Source of the DNA: Phyllobates terribilis
Taxonomy: Eukaryota
Length of the DNA: 64,000 nucleotides
Reading direction: 5' to 3'
NCBI RefSeq assembly: GCF_046119375.1
Contig: NW_027362772.1
Coordinates: forward strand, 63,984,001 to 64,048,000
Shown here: piece after piece, positions 26,064 through 38,316 of the stretch
How the letters are laid out: the number at the start of each line of letters is the position of its first letter
Numbering within the stretch: position 1 is the first letter of the stretch
The notes under the pieces: generated by a model
What the model was told of the DNA's origin: nothing
What the model saw: the letters and a program-made list of their open reading frames with translations, nothing else
The model's database searches: none
Translations under genes and position numbers: made by a program

Positions 26064-26559
26064 TTGTCTCTTCTCATTGAAAAGACATGAATTCTATGGT
26101 GAACCGAGCACTCGTGTGTATGGGGGGGGAGAAGGGAGAGATAGCTGACTGTTAAACCAACGTTTCGCCAGCTTCAGCTTAGGCAGGTATCCTGAGTAGA
26201 TAGCTTTTCCATATAATTAGCACCATCTGCCTTGTCTCTTCTCATTGAAAAGACATGAATTCTATGTTGAGCGGAGCGCTCTTGTATATGGGGGGGGAGA
26301 AGGGAGAGATAGCTGACTGTTAAACCAACATTTTGCCAGCTTCAGCTTAGGCCGGTATCCTGAGTAGATAGCTTATCCATATAATTAGCACCATCTGCCT
26401 TGTCTCGTCTCATTGAAAAGACATGAATTCTATGGTGAGTCGAGCACTCGTGTGTATGGGGGGGGGGAGATAGCTGACTGTTAAACCAACGTTTCGCCAG
26501 CTTCAGCTTAGGCAGGTATCCTGAGAAGATAGCTTATCGTTATAATTAGCACCATCTGC
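26064..26559. repeat. Tandem triplication of a 168-bp unit
   Basis: ttgtctc...ctcattgaaaagacatgaattctat starts at 26064, 26232 and 26400. Confidence 0.9.
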
Positions 26560-27280
26560 AGAGTAGTAGTGCCCCTTTTTCACTGCAGACTATGGTTTGC
26601 CGTCACCAACTGAATCAAGATTGTGAACTTCATTAACGTAACTTGTAGAATTAAATAATCTTTTGGAAATAGTGGGCAAAGTTAGGTGTATTACTGTGAC
26701 TACCAGGCAGCAGAACATCCTAATACATTCCTGACTGTCCACAATCAACTAAACAACAATATAAGCGAGTCCAAAGCCTTCAGTCTATTACAACAATAAA
26801 AATAATTTGTGCTATTTAAGAATTTGTTTTATTAGGTTGAAATATGGCGCGCCAATATATTAGAAATGTCTCTCAAGAAAAGGTGACCCTGTTCCCCATT
26901 GCAAATTTTGAGATCTGAAAAAAATAAAATAAAATGGTTGCTATGAGCAACAACGACACTTTTTATCTTTTAATAGTTTTGATGCACAGGTTCAAGGTTT
27001 GCACATTATTTGTTAGATCAGATGTTTACATAGTTTATCTGATGAAAGTAGAAATTTTTTTTTGCTGGTAATGTATAGCAAAACAGCTACACAAAGGTGT
27101 TCATATGAAGTTTCTACACTGCTCTATCCTCTGATCATTAACATGGTTTCGCTCTGCAGAATGCATGCCCATATTTTGCTGTATATATCTCTATTGTTCC
27201 TACATATTTAGTACATCTCTAATGGGGGGGGTACTGAAAGGCTTGAATCATTTTCTCATTGTTTTTTTCATCAACAAGAG

Positions 27281-29290
27281 CAGTGGTGTAACTAGAATCC
27301 AATGAGACCCAGTGCAAAATTTGGACCTGGGTCCCCAGCTGCATGTCGGTCAGATGCACGGACTCTTGTAGCATTCAAGATTCTATGAAGACATATGTGT
27401 TCGCCCCTCACCTCTATGTAATACTGTCCCCCATCCTGTAATAATGTCCCCGATCCTGGCCCCTTCCTGTAACGATGTGCCCTCTCATGGGCCCTTTCCT
27501 AGTATAATGTTTCCTATCCTGGTCCCCTTCCTGGTTGTCACGCCAGGTGTGGGAAAAACTTAGTGCAACACAGAGGGAAAGGGAGCACAGACACTAGGGA
27601 GAGGGTGGAGTGAAGACCTCCTAGTCTGGTCTAGTGTCACCCTGTCTCAACTACTGTCCCTATATTGCCTCTTCAGCAATCGCCACACGTGTGCCTCGCC
27701 CTGCTCTCCCTGGCGTATGGGTAAGGCTAGGGATGGGAGGAGATGAGCACTAGTTGATCTCCACTAAACTCTATAGACAACAAGGGTAGACAAACAGAGG
27801 GAAATTGCTTAGCTTTAGACGACTCCAAATGCGCTCTTGGCCTCAAGCTCCAGAGAGGACGAAGTACTGCTCTTGCTAAAGCCTCACAAGTAGAAATGAA
27901 TATCGCCGGCACCTCCATCTCAGACACACTTGGTATATATACACCCAGGCCAGGGTGCTAATTAGCCAGAGGGAGGTAGCCGCTAGGTACTAGAGACAGC
28001 TTCTCATCTAAGAAGATGTCAGAAATGCCAAACGTAGAGATCTCCTGCAACCAACTGCAGGGCGACTGTCACCTCCAATACAACCGTGACACTGGTATAA
28101 TGTCCACCATCCTGGTATAATGTCACTTATCATTAGCCCCTTCCAGTAATAATGCCCCTCTTCATGGGCCCATTACTGGAATAATGTCCCCCTTCTTAGA
28201 CCCTTTCTGCTATAATGTTCCCCATCCTGGGCCCCTTTCTGATATGATGTCTACCATCCTGGTATAATGTCCCTTATCCTGGGCCCCTTCCAGTAATAAT
28301 GTCCATCTTCATAGGCCCCTTCCTGGTACAATGTCTGCCATCTTTGGCCCCTTATTGGTATAATGTCCCCCATCCTGGTATAATGTTTCTTATCCTGGGC
28401 CCCTTCCAGTAATAATGTCCCTCTTCATGGGCCCCTTCCTGGTATAATGTTCCCGATCCTGGGCCCCTTTTGGTATAATGTCCTCCATCCTGGTATAATG
28501 TCCCTCTTCATGGGCCCCTTCCTGGTATAATGTCCCCCATCTTGGGTCCCTTCCTGGTGTAATGTCTCCCATCTTGGGCCCCTTCCTGGTAAAATGGTCC
28601 CCATACTGGGCCCCTTTTTGGTATAAAGTCCCCCATTCTGATATAATATCCCTCATCCTGGGCCCCTTCCAGTAATAATGTCCATCTTCATAGGCCCCTT
28701 CCTGGTACAATGTCTGCCATCTTTGGCCCCTTATTGGTATAATGTCCCCCATCCTGGGCCCCTTCTTGCTATAATGGCCCCCATCCTGGTATAATGTTTC
28801 TTATCCTGGGCCCCTTCCAGTAATAATGTCCCTCTTCATGGGCCCCTTCCTGGTATAATGTTCCCGATCCTGGGCCCCTTTTGGTATAATGTCCTCCATC
28901 CTGGTATAATGTCCCTCTTCATGGGCCCCTTCCTGGTATAATGTCCCTCATCTTGGGTCCCTTCCTGGTGTAATGTCTCCCATCTTGGGCCCCTTCCTGG
29001 TAAAATGGTCCCCATACTGGGCCCCTTTTTGGTATAAAGTCCCCCATTCTGATATAATATCCCTCATCCTGGGCCCCTTCCAGTAATAATGTCCTTCTTC
29101 ATGGCCCCTTCCTGGTACAATGTATCCCATCTTGGGCCACTTATTAGTATAATGTCCCCCATCTTGAGCCCCTTCTTGGTATAATGTTTCCCATCCTGGT
29201 CCTCTTTCTAGTATAATGTTCCTTATCCTGAGCCCCTTCCAGTAATAATGTCCCTCTTCATGGGCCCTTTCCTGGTATAATGTCCCCCAT
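27281..29290. mobile_element. hAT-like non-autonomous element with a ~32-bp GC-rich minisatellite, interrupted by a solo LTR
   Basis: Left end cagtggtgtaactag; unit about ggtataatgtcccccatcctgggccccttcct at 27415-27530 and 28092-29285. Right TIR not found. Confidence 0.6.
27536..28091 (-). mobile_element. Solo LTR, 556 bp
   Basis: CTGGT|tgtcacg ... cgtgaca|CTGGT; 5-bp TSD, TG...CA ends, TATA at 27934-27941; homologous to 62840-63420. Strand inferred from the TATA context. Confidence 0.9.
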
Positions 29291-30445
29291 CCCTTTGCTA
29301 GTAAAGCCCACTTTTATACCAGGCAACACCAAGGGGGCACTATATCAATACCCTTTAATTGTGTCCTCTATGCTGATACTGCCCAGCCATGGATATGGTG
29401 GCCCCGCTCAACGTTGGCTGACTGCCCTAGGTGGCCATATGATAGAAAAGACCCATAAGGTCAACAGCCTATAGAAAATAGCCAAAGGAATAATGATGAC
29501 CCATATGATCATCATCCAAACAGATAATGGGCCAAGAAATGCAATTTTGACTATTCAACAGAAAGGGCACAAATGTTATGTATACAATAAATTCCTCATA
29601 AGAAATTATGAAAAAGAAGCCAGATACTCATCCATTCATAACGTGTTTCTTCATGGTATGCTTCATCAGGAGGCTGGTCTAGGTAAAGGAAAAAAACTAG
29701 TCACAAGTCCAGCCAGATTTTCTTGCTTAAAGTTTAAAGGGGTTTCAAAAAAAGTGATCCCCAAACCATTGGATACTTGTAAAAAAAAAACAACGAACAC
29801 AGATAGTACTACTCATCCTCACCCGGTCCAACGCCAGCTCCCTGCCACTGCTCCAGTTTCTGTTTTGGCTGCAAAGGTGACATCACAACTTCAGCGCTTA
29901 TCACTGCTGCAGCCAATCGCTGAGCTTAGCGGCTTTGCTAATGTAGAAGGCACAAGTAGCGGTCATGTGCACTGTAGGACCTATCGTTTGGGGGGGAAAA
30001 CTACAACTATCATGCACAGACTGCTGTAGTCTGGATGTGTTTATTGACTAGCACATATCATTGAGTAACTTACACTGCTCAAAAAAATAAAGGGAACACT
30101 CAAATAACACATCATAGATCTGAATGAATGAAATATTCTCATTGAATACTTGGTTCTGTACAAAGTGGAATTTGCTGACAACAAAATCACACAAAAATCA
30201 TCAATGGAAATCAAATTTATTAACCAATGGAGGCCTGGATTTGGAGTCACCCCCAAAATTAAAGTCGAAAAACACAGTACAGGCTGATCCAACTTTGATG
30301 TAATGTCCTTAAAACAAGTCAAAATGAGACTCCGTATTGTGTGTGGCCTCCACGTGCCAGTAGACCTTCCTACAACGCCTGGGCATGCTCCTGATGAGGT
30401 TGTGGATGGTCTCCTGTGGGATCTCCTCCTAGACCTGATCTAAAG

Positions 30446-31773
30446 TGTTATGCACACGCCCGGGCTAAGCGGCGTGTGCGTGTGATTGGTAGTGATTCCA
30501 CTGGACCGTGCCGGAGAGTGAATGCCTGGAGGGGCGTGACTAGGTATTCACCCGATCCGACCAGGGTCGCACGACGGCATACGACGCCAGTGCACCAAGG
30601 AGGAACCGAGCAGAGGGACCAGGTGCTACTCCAGGACAGACCCCGGACACGGCTGTTGACCCACACAGGGGAATACAGGAACAGGCTGGTAGGCTGGCAC
30701 ACAGACTGGTGGGTATAGGCAGGCACGACTGGTATGCAGGCAGGCGGGTATGCAGGCAGGGGGGTAAAGACAAGCACAGCTAGAGTGCAGACAGGGAGGC
30801 ACTAGCAGGTAGGAACACAGGCGGGATAGGACCCAGTACACACCGGGACTCAGGAACAATACAGGCAGAGGGTTACAGGCAAGCACAGCTAGAGTGCAGA
30901 CAAGGCTGAGCAGGGAGGACAGGGCTCTGTTCACACGGAACAGACAGGAAGGGAAAGACAGAGCCAGATACTCACACAGTACTTGCAGAGACAACAAGCA
31001 GGAGTTAGGTACGAGTTCAGACTCTGCAGAAAAAGGAAGGGAACGGACATAGAGGCAAAACAGGTAAAGGACAGGAGAGAGTTCAGACTGGAACTGAGTG
31101 TACGGAGGAGACCGACACTGCAGAGGGATACAGGAGCGGGTCTGGGAATACGGCCCCCAGAAGGCGGAACGAACAGGCAAGGAGCGTGTTCAGACAGGAC
31201 AGACCAGAGAACACAAAAAGGACACAGTTCAGACACGGGAGCTGATACCGCAAAGCAGGAGACATACAGGACTCAGTTCAGACACGGGAGCTGAAACCGC
31301 AAAGCAGGAGACATACAGGACTCAGTTCAGACACGGGAGCTGATACCGCAAAGCAGGAGACATACAGGACACAGTTCAGACACGGGAGCTGATACCGCAA
31401 AGCAGGAGACATACAGGACTCAGTTCAGACACGGGAACTGATACAAAAAGCAGGAGACAAGAGACGGGACCTGGCACCTTCAGAGTGCAAGCACACACTG
31501 AAGGAAACACTATGCTCAGGCAGGGATAAAAGGGAGCTGCTGAGCTATATACCAAGTGACAGACAGCAATAGGCTGAGGACGCACAAGGGGTGTGACCCA
31601 CAGCAGGTACAAAAGGCAGGAAGTGATCGGGCGCCGCCCTTAAGCAGCAGAAACAGACACAAACAGACAGCATGGAGGGAAGCCAGAGAGACATTCTGGA
31701 CAGGAGATCAAGTGCGCCCTCTTGCACAGTGGGAGATGGACCACCATGCAAGGACGCCGCCAGGTATGTTACA
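30446..31773 (-). repeat. 3' LTR of copy 1
   Basis: Direct repeat of 33764-35091 at offset 3318; at least 3 substitutions seen; contains 49-bp tandem units starting at 31225, 31274, 31323, 31372 and 31421. Confidence 0.96.
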
Positions 31774-33620
31774 GTACCTCCCCCCTTACGCCCCCTCTTC
31801 TTCAGGCCTGCCAGAATCTTCCGCAGGGAATTCGAGGGCCAGTCGTTCACTGGGTTGGAGGGGGACAGAGACTTAAGGGTAATCTCTGCTTCGAGGTACA
31901 TCTTGTCAAGCTCACAGGAAGAAATAGACGGGTTATCAGGTACATAATGAGGAAAAGTCACTGTCTCTTTGTTATCTGGTGGTATCCCGGAGGATTCAGG
32001 AAACAACTGGAGGTCCTCCGCCGGGTCAGAAGAGTGCAGAGGCTCAGAGAAAACAACTGCTTCAGAGTACACTAGGTCGGACTCACTGGAGGAAGCAGGC
32101 GAGGTATCGGGTACCGAGTATAGGAAAGTCTCTGTCCATTCACCACCAGGTGGCACCCCGAAGGGTTCTGGAGACAGCTGGCGGTCCTCCGCCTGGTCAG
32201 AGGGGTGTAGAGACTCACGGGTAACCTCTGCTTCAGAGTACACTAGGTCGGACTCACTGGAGGAAGCAGGCGAGGTATCGGGTACCGAGTATAGGAAAGT
32301 CTCTGTCCATTCACCACCAGGTGGCACCCCGAAGGGTTCTGGAGACAGCTGGCGGTCCTCCGCCTGGTCAGAGGGGTGTAGAGACTCACGGGTAACCTCT
32401 GCTTCAGAGTACACTAGGTCGGACTCACTGGACGAAGCAAGCGAGGTATCAGATCCAGGATATAGGAAAGTCTCTGTCCATTCACCACCAGGTGGCACCC
32501 CGAAGGATTCTGAACACAACTGGAGGTCCTCCGCCTGGTCGGAGGGGTGTAGAGACTCAGGAGTAACCTCTGCTTCGGAGTACACTAAGTTGGACTCACT
32601 GGACGAAGCGAGCGAGGTATCAGGTACAGAGTATAGGAGAGTCTCTGTCCTTTCGCTACCAGGTAGCACCCCGAAGGGTTCAGGAGACAACTGGAGATCC
32701 TCCGCCTGGTCGGAGGGGTGTAGAGACTCGGAGGTAACTACCACTTTGGGGTACCCATTGTCAGGCTCACAGGACGAAGCGGACAAAGTATTGAGTACCG
32801 GGTGTAGAGAAGTCTCTCTCCATTTGTCATCGAGTGGTATCCCGGAGGGTTCAGGAGGCAACAGGGGATCCTCCGCCAGGTAGTAGAGGTGCACAGACTC
32901 TGAGGTAACCACAGCTTTGGAGCATCCTTGGACATGCACACCGGTTAAAGAGAAAGAAGCATCTGATGCCGGGTGCAGGAAGTTCTCCTGTGTGGAGTCT
33001 GGATGGGCAGAAGTCTCTTCGGCCAGGAGAACTGGTGCACTACCCACGCACATTACCCATTGGGGTTTCTCCGGGATACAGGGAGATGAAGCTTCAGTAG
33101 GGACTTCAAGGTTGGGGTCAGGAGGTCTCAGGGAGGACAGACCCTGGCGTGACGGCTTGCCTCTAAGTCTAGCACGTCTGGACTGCCTCTTGAGGTTGAG
33201 AGAAGTATTCCGGAAAGCGTAGTCACCCTGTGAGGATTCTGGGTGGGCAGTAGTCTCATTGGGCTGGAGGACTATTGCGCTACCCACACACATTACCCGT
33301 CGGGGCTGCTCCGGGATATTGGGAAGTGAAGCTTCAGCAGGGGCTTCAGAGTTAGGGTCCTCGAAGACCATACGAAAGGCCACCAGGAAGGCCTGCAGGT
33401 CAAGGATGACAGGATCCCATGCTTCCCATAGGGGGGTGACCCATTTCAAGGCATCACCCGCTAGGTAGTCAATCATAAAGGCCACTTTAGCCCAATCGGA
33501 AGGAAAATAGAGAGGGTAGGCCTTAAAGTGTAGCATGCATTGCTCCACAAATGCACGACACTGTCTTGGATCCCCATAGTAACGTGGCGGATCCGCAGGA
33601 ACGAGGGCTGATAGATCCAT
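31545..33620 (-). CDS. 691-aa Gag capsid-NTD (Retrotrans_gag/DUF4939-like) plus acidic 57-aa repeat protein, copy 1
   Basis: Intact ATG-to-TAG ORF. N-terminus PPRYYGDPRQCRAFVEQC...SDWAKVAFMIDYLAGDALKWVTPLW...FLVAFRMVFEDP matches the Sushi/PEG10/RTL8/LDOC1 capsid-NTD pattern. Expression untested. Confidence 0.75.
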   Translation of the reverse strand: MDLSALVPADPPRYYGDPRQCRAFVEQCMLHFKAYPLYFPSDWAKVAFMIDYLAGDALKWVTPLWEAWDPVILDLQAFLVAFRMVFEDPNSEAPAEASLPNIPEQPRRVMCVGSAIVLQPNETTAHPESSQGDYAFRNTSLNLKRQSRRARLRGKPSRQGLSSLRPPDPNLEVPTEASSPCIPEKPQWVMCVGSAPVLLAEETSAHPDSTQENFLHPASDASFSLTGVHVQGCSKAVVTSESVHLYYLAEDPLLPPEPSGIPLDDKWRETSLHPVLNTLSASSCEPDNGYPKVVVTSESLHPSDQAEDLQLSPEPFGVLPGSERTETLLYSVPDTSLASSSESNLVYSEAEVTPESLHPSDQAEDLQLCSESFGVPPGGEWTETFLYPGSDTSLASSSESDLVYSEAEVTRESLHPSDQAEDRQLSPEPFGVPPGGEWTETFLYSVPDTSPASSSESDLVYSEAEVTRESLHPSDQAEDRQLSPEPFGVPPGGEWTETFLYSVPDTSPASSSESDLVYSEAVVFSEPLHSSDPAEDLQLFPESSGIPPDNKETVTFPHYVPDNPSISSCELDKMYLEAEITLKSLSPSNPVNDWPSNSLRKILAGLKKRGRKGGGTVTYLAASLHGGPSPTVQEGALDLLSRMSLWLPSMLSVCVCFCCLRAAPDHFLPFVPAVGHTPCASSAYCCLSLGI

Positions 33621-33763
33621 CTGGACGGGTGCGTAATTCGCCTGGAACTCAGCTAAAGGGGGAAAAAAATTTATTTATTTTATTTTAATGCATGTATTCG
33701 CTGGAAAAACTTCTCAAAGAGCGAAGGCCGTGGGGCTCAACGGGAACCATGGCCTGAGCATGC

Positions 33764-35091
33764 TGTTATGCACACGCCCGGGCTAAGCGGCGTGTGCGTG
33801 TGATTGGTAGTGATTCCACTGGACCGTGCTGGAGAGTGAATGCCTGGAGGGGCGTGACTAGGTATTCACCCGATCCGACCAGGGTCGCACGACGGCATAC
33901 GACGCCAGTGCACCAAGGAGGAACCGAGCAGAGGGACCAGGTGCTACTCCAGGACAGACCCCGGACACGGCTGTTGACCCACACAGGGGAATACAGGAAC
34001 AGGCTGGTAGGCTGGCACACAGACTGGTGGGTATAGGCAGGCACGACTGGTATGCAGGCAGGCGGGTATGCAGGCAGGGGGGTAAAGACAAGCACAGCTA
34101 GAGTGCAGACAGGGAGGCACTAGCAGGTAGGAACACAGGCGGGATAGGACCCAGTACACACCGGGACTCAGGAACAATACAAGCAGAGGGTTACAGGCAA
34201 GCACAGCTAGAGTGCAGACAAGGCTGAGCAGGGAGGACAGGGCTCTGTTCACACGGAACAGACAGGAAGGGAAAGACAGAGCCAGATACTCACACAGTAC
34301 TTGCAGAGACAACAAGCAGGAGTTAGGTACGAGTTCAGACTCTGCAGAAAAAGGAAGGGAACGGACATAGAGGCAAAACAGGTAAAGGACAGGAGAGAGT
34401 TCAGACTGGAACTGAGTGTACGGAGGAGACCGACACTGCAGAGGGATACAGGAGCGGGTCTGGGAATACGGCCCCCAGAAGGCGGAACGAACAGGCAAGG
34501 AGCGTGTTCAGACAGGACAGACCAGAGAACACAAAAAGGACACAGTTCAGACACGGGAGCTGATACCGCAAAGCAGGAGACATACAGGACTCAGTTCAGA
34601 CACGGGAGCTGAAACCGCAAAGCAGGAGACATACAGGACTCAGTTCAGACACGGGAGCTGATACCGCAAAGCAGGAGACATACAGGACACAGTTCAGACA
34701 CGGGAGCTGATACCGCAAAGCAGGAGACATACAGGACTCAGTTCAGACACGGGAACTGATACAAAAAGCAGCAGACAAGAGACGGGACCTGGCACCTTCA
34801 GAGTGCAAGCACACACTGAAGGAAACACTATGCTCAGGCAGGGATAAAAGGGAGCTGCTGAGCTATATACCAAGTGACAGACAGCAATAGGCTGAGGACG
34901 CACAAGGGGTGTGACCCACAGCAGGTACAAAAGGCAGGAAGTGATCGGGCGCCGCCCTTAAGCAGCAGAAACAGACACAAACAGACAGCATGGAGGGAAG
35001 CCAGAGAGACATTCTGGACAGGAGATCAAGTGCGCCCTCTTGCACAGTGGGAGATGGACCACCATGCAAGGACGCCGCCAGGTATGTTACA
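33764..35091 (-). repeat. 5' LTR of copy 1
   Basis: Followed on the minus strand by gc + atgctcaggc (33761-33752), the non-tRNA PBS. Confidence 0.96.
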
Positions 35092-36691
35092 TAAAGCATC
35101 GGCCAACTCCTGGACAGTCTGTGGTGCAACGTTGGTGGATGGAGCGAGACATGATGTCCCAGATGTGCTCAATCGGATTCAGGTCTGGGGAACGGGCGCA
35201 CCAGGCCATAGCTTCAATGCCTTCATCTTGCAGGAACTGCTGACACACTCCATCCACATGAGGTCTGGCATTGTCCTGCATTAGGAGGAATCCAGGGCCA
35301 ACCACACCAGCATATGGTCTCACAAGGGGTCTGAGGATCTCATCTCGGTACCTAATGGCAGTCAGGCTACCTCTGGCGAGCACATGGAGGGCTGTGCGGC
35401 CCTCCAAAGAAATGCCACCCCACACCATTACTGACCCACTGCCAAACCGGTCATGCTGAAGGATGTTGCAGGCAGCAGATCGCTCTCCACGGCGTCTCCA
35501 GACTCTGTCACGTCTGTCACATGTGCTCAGTGTGAACCTACTATCATCTGTGTAGAGCACAGGGCGCCAGTGGCGACTTTGCCAATCCTGGTGTTCTGTG
35601 GCAAATGCAAAGCGTCCTGCACGATGTTGGGCTGTGAGCACAACCCCCATCTGTGGAAGTCAGGTCCTCAGACCACCCTCATGGAGTCGGTTTCTAACCG
35701 TTTGTGCAGACACATGCACATTTGTGGCCTGCTGGAGGTCATTTTGCAGGGATCTGGCAGTGCTGCTCCTGTTTCTCCTTGCAAAAAGGCGGAGGTAACT
35801 GTCCTGCTGCTGGGTTGTTGCTCTCCTACGGCCCCCTCCACGTCTCCTGGTGTGCTGGCCTGTCTCCTGGTAGCGCCTCCAGCCTCTGGACACTACGCTG
35901 ACAGGCACAGCAAACCTTCTTGCTATAGCTCGCATTGATGTGCCATCCTGGATGAGCTGCACTACCTGAGCAACTTCTGTGGGTTGTAGAGTCCGTCTCA
36001 TGCTACCACGAGTGTGAAAGCACAACCAACATTCAAAAGTGACCAAAACATCAGCCAGAAAGCATTGGTACTGAGATGTGATCTGTGGTCCCCACCTGCA
36101 GAACCACTCCTTTATTGAGGGTGTCTTGATAATTGCCAATAATTTCCATCTATTGTCTATTTCATTTGCACAACAGGATGTGAAATTGATTGTCAATCAG
36201 TGTTGCTTCCTGAGTGGACAGTTTTATTTCACAGAAGTTTGATTTACTTGGAGTTATATTCTGTTGTTTAAGTGTTCCCTTTATTTTTTTTATCAGTGTA
36301 TTATGTTTTGTACCTTTACTCAAAAAAGTTGATAAGAATCATGACTTTCTCAGCGAATGATCACATGATTCCAATGATACCTTCCTTCTAATGTACTATA
36401 GCATATTCTTTAATGTTGGGAACTATGTAACATCACTGCACCAATTAGAATTATCAAGTAGAAAACTACAATTGTGTGATTTGGAAGCCCTACTAACTAC
36501 CATGTTTCCCCAAAAATAAGGCAGGATCTTATATTATTTTTTGCTTCGAAAGATGGGTCAGAGCTTATATTCAGGGGATGTCTTATTTTTTTCCATGAAA
36601 AGCAATCCACATTTATTCTTGAACAAAAAAAATCAACATTTATTCAAATATAATCATGTCACGACATATACACACACACACGTATATACAT

Positions 36692-37000
36692 TAGTGATGA
36701 GCGAGCATGCTCGTTTAACCCTTTAAACAAGAACGCTCGGGTACTCGCCGAGTATTTGCGGCGTGCTCGGCATCTCTGTTTCAGCTGCTGCGGCTGCATG
36801 TGTCGTGGCTGTTAGTCAGTTGTGACACATGCAGGGATTGCCTAACAAACAGCAAATCCCTGCATGTGTCACAGCTGTCTAACAGCCACGATACATGCCG
36901 CCGCGGCGGCTGAAACAGAGATGCCGAGCACGCTGAAACTACTCGGCAAGTATCCGAGCGTGCTCGTTTAAAGGGTTGAACGAGCACGCTCACTCAACTA
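36692..37000. mobile_element. Palindromic hAT-type MITE
   Basis: tagtgatgagcgagcatgctcgtttaaccctttaaac ... gtttaaagggttgaacgagcacgctcactcaacta; the whole element folds back. TSD only partly matched. Confidence 0.8.
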
Positions 37001-37004
37001 ATAT

Positions 37005-37221
37005 GAACACACTACACATACACACACACTGCACATACACATGTATATGCACACACTGACAATACACAAACACACTGCACATACATACACTGCACATACA
37101 CATGTATATACACACACTGCACATACACACACATACATACTGCACATACAAATATGTATACACACCCAAACAATGCACATACAGATGTATATATGTACAC
37201 ACACCTATATATATATATGCG

Positions 37222-37254
<33 letters not shown>

Positions 37255-37290
37255 TGCACTTACACATGTATACATACACTGCACAGATGG
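37005..37290. repeat. (CA)n/(TA)n compound microsatellite
   Basis: acacactgcacatacac repeats and a long tatata tract. Confidence 0.9.
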
Positions 37291-38271
37291 TACATACCAG
37301 CCTGTCTCCTCTTCAATTACTCTAGACTTCCACAGTTAAAGGACCTTTGGTGACATAATGATGACATCAGGGTCACATGACTGTGATGTCATCAAAAGTC
37401 CTGAAGCAGTCTTAACCTCGGAATAGAAATGCTGGGGGTCCTTAAGATAGTGGGGGCCCTTAGAAATTGTCCAATGTTGTCTTTTCCTGTCTCTAAATTA
37501 CTTATTCTGGTCTGTGTAGGTAAAAGATGCAATTTCAACAGCTTGCAGACAAAATAATTATGTGGAAAGCTACAGACAAAATTTTCTCACATAATAAACA
37601 CAGCTCTAGTACACCGTTAAAGGGCTTTTTTTGGTACATTAATAAATAAAATATGCTCCCAACCAACTAATCCTTCATATTACTGTATAGGACCGCACTC
37701 TGATATTTAGCCAAAGCACTCTAACCACAAAAAAGGGAAATGAATGTGTGCACAATATTCCAAAAATACATCTCTTTTACTAAACAATATCTAGTTTAAA
37801 AAATCAAAATAAAGTATAAATACATATAAAAATATAGATTAGGCAGCCAAATAAGGGGCACAGCTACCCCCGCTATTACTTGCTTAATAATATACAAATA
37901 TGTATCAATTATATGAGGACTAGTGAACAGCAGAAAAGTTATAAAATGCATTCCCAAAGAAGCAGCAAGTATATAGCAATCACTGAATGTCAGTAAACCG
38001 GCTAATGTAGGTCTATATTAATCCTACTAAAGTCACATTAATCAATAATATTAAGCAATAATCAGTAGGATTGAGGCTTTATATTAGTGTAAAATGTAGG
38101 CAGTAAAGAAAAAAAAATGCATATGCAGTTATATACATTGGAAATTATATCAAAATACCACTTAGTCACTAGATGCCCAATTGCACCAAATGTACAATCA
38201 CAAGAAAAATCTATATTAAATATAGTGTATACTTACATAGAAAAAGCTCTAAGTGGTTGCATATCCATGCG

Positions 38272-38316
38272 CTCAAACCCACGTTTCGCTCTGCTTCATC
38301 AGGGGGTGTGATTGAG
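38272..38316 (-). ncRNA. Decayed hammerhead-like motif in a probable Penelope-type tail (about 37700-38320)
   Basis: Minus strand: cccc-CUGAUGA-A-GC(AGA)GC-GAAAC-gugggu. The core is intact, but stem III and the cleavage triplet are not canonical. Confidence 0.4.

Larger units (their letters stand above)
30446..35091 (-). mobile_element. Non-autonomous Ty3/gypsy-type LTR retroelement, copy 1 (4646 bp)
   Basis: TSD TAAAG (30441-45, 35092-96); two 1328-bp LTRs with TG...CA ends; polypurine tract next to the 3' LTR; about 2-kb internal region with a Gag-derived ORF only. Confidence 0.97.
30073..36298 (-). mobile_element. Tc1 (DD34E) transposon, about 1575 bp, split by the LTR element at 30446-35091
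   Basis: TA|cactgctcaaaaaaataaagggaacact ... agtgttccctttattttttttatcagtg|TA. Transposase pieces [47 protein letters not shown]; the C-terminus continues at 30440-30330. Confidence 0.93.

Noticed and set aside
31545-33620. Calling the 691-aa ORF a domesticated host gene (RTL1/PEG10/LDOC1 orthologue)
   Set aside because: It lies within two complete, young LTR elements with TSDs. The similarity is at domain level only, so no gene symbol is given.
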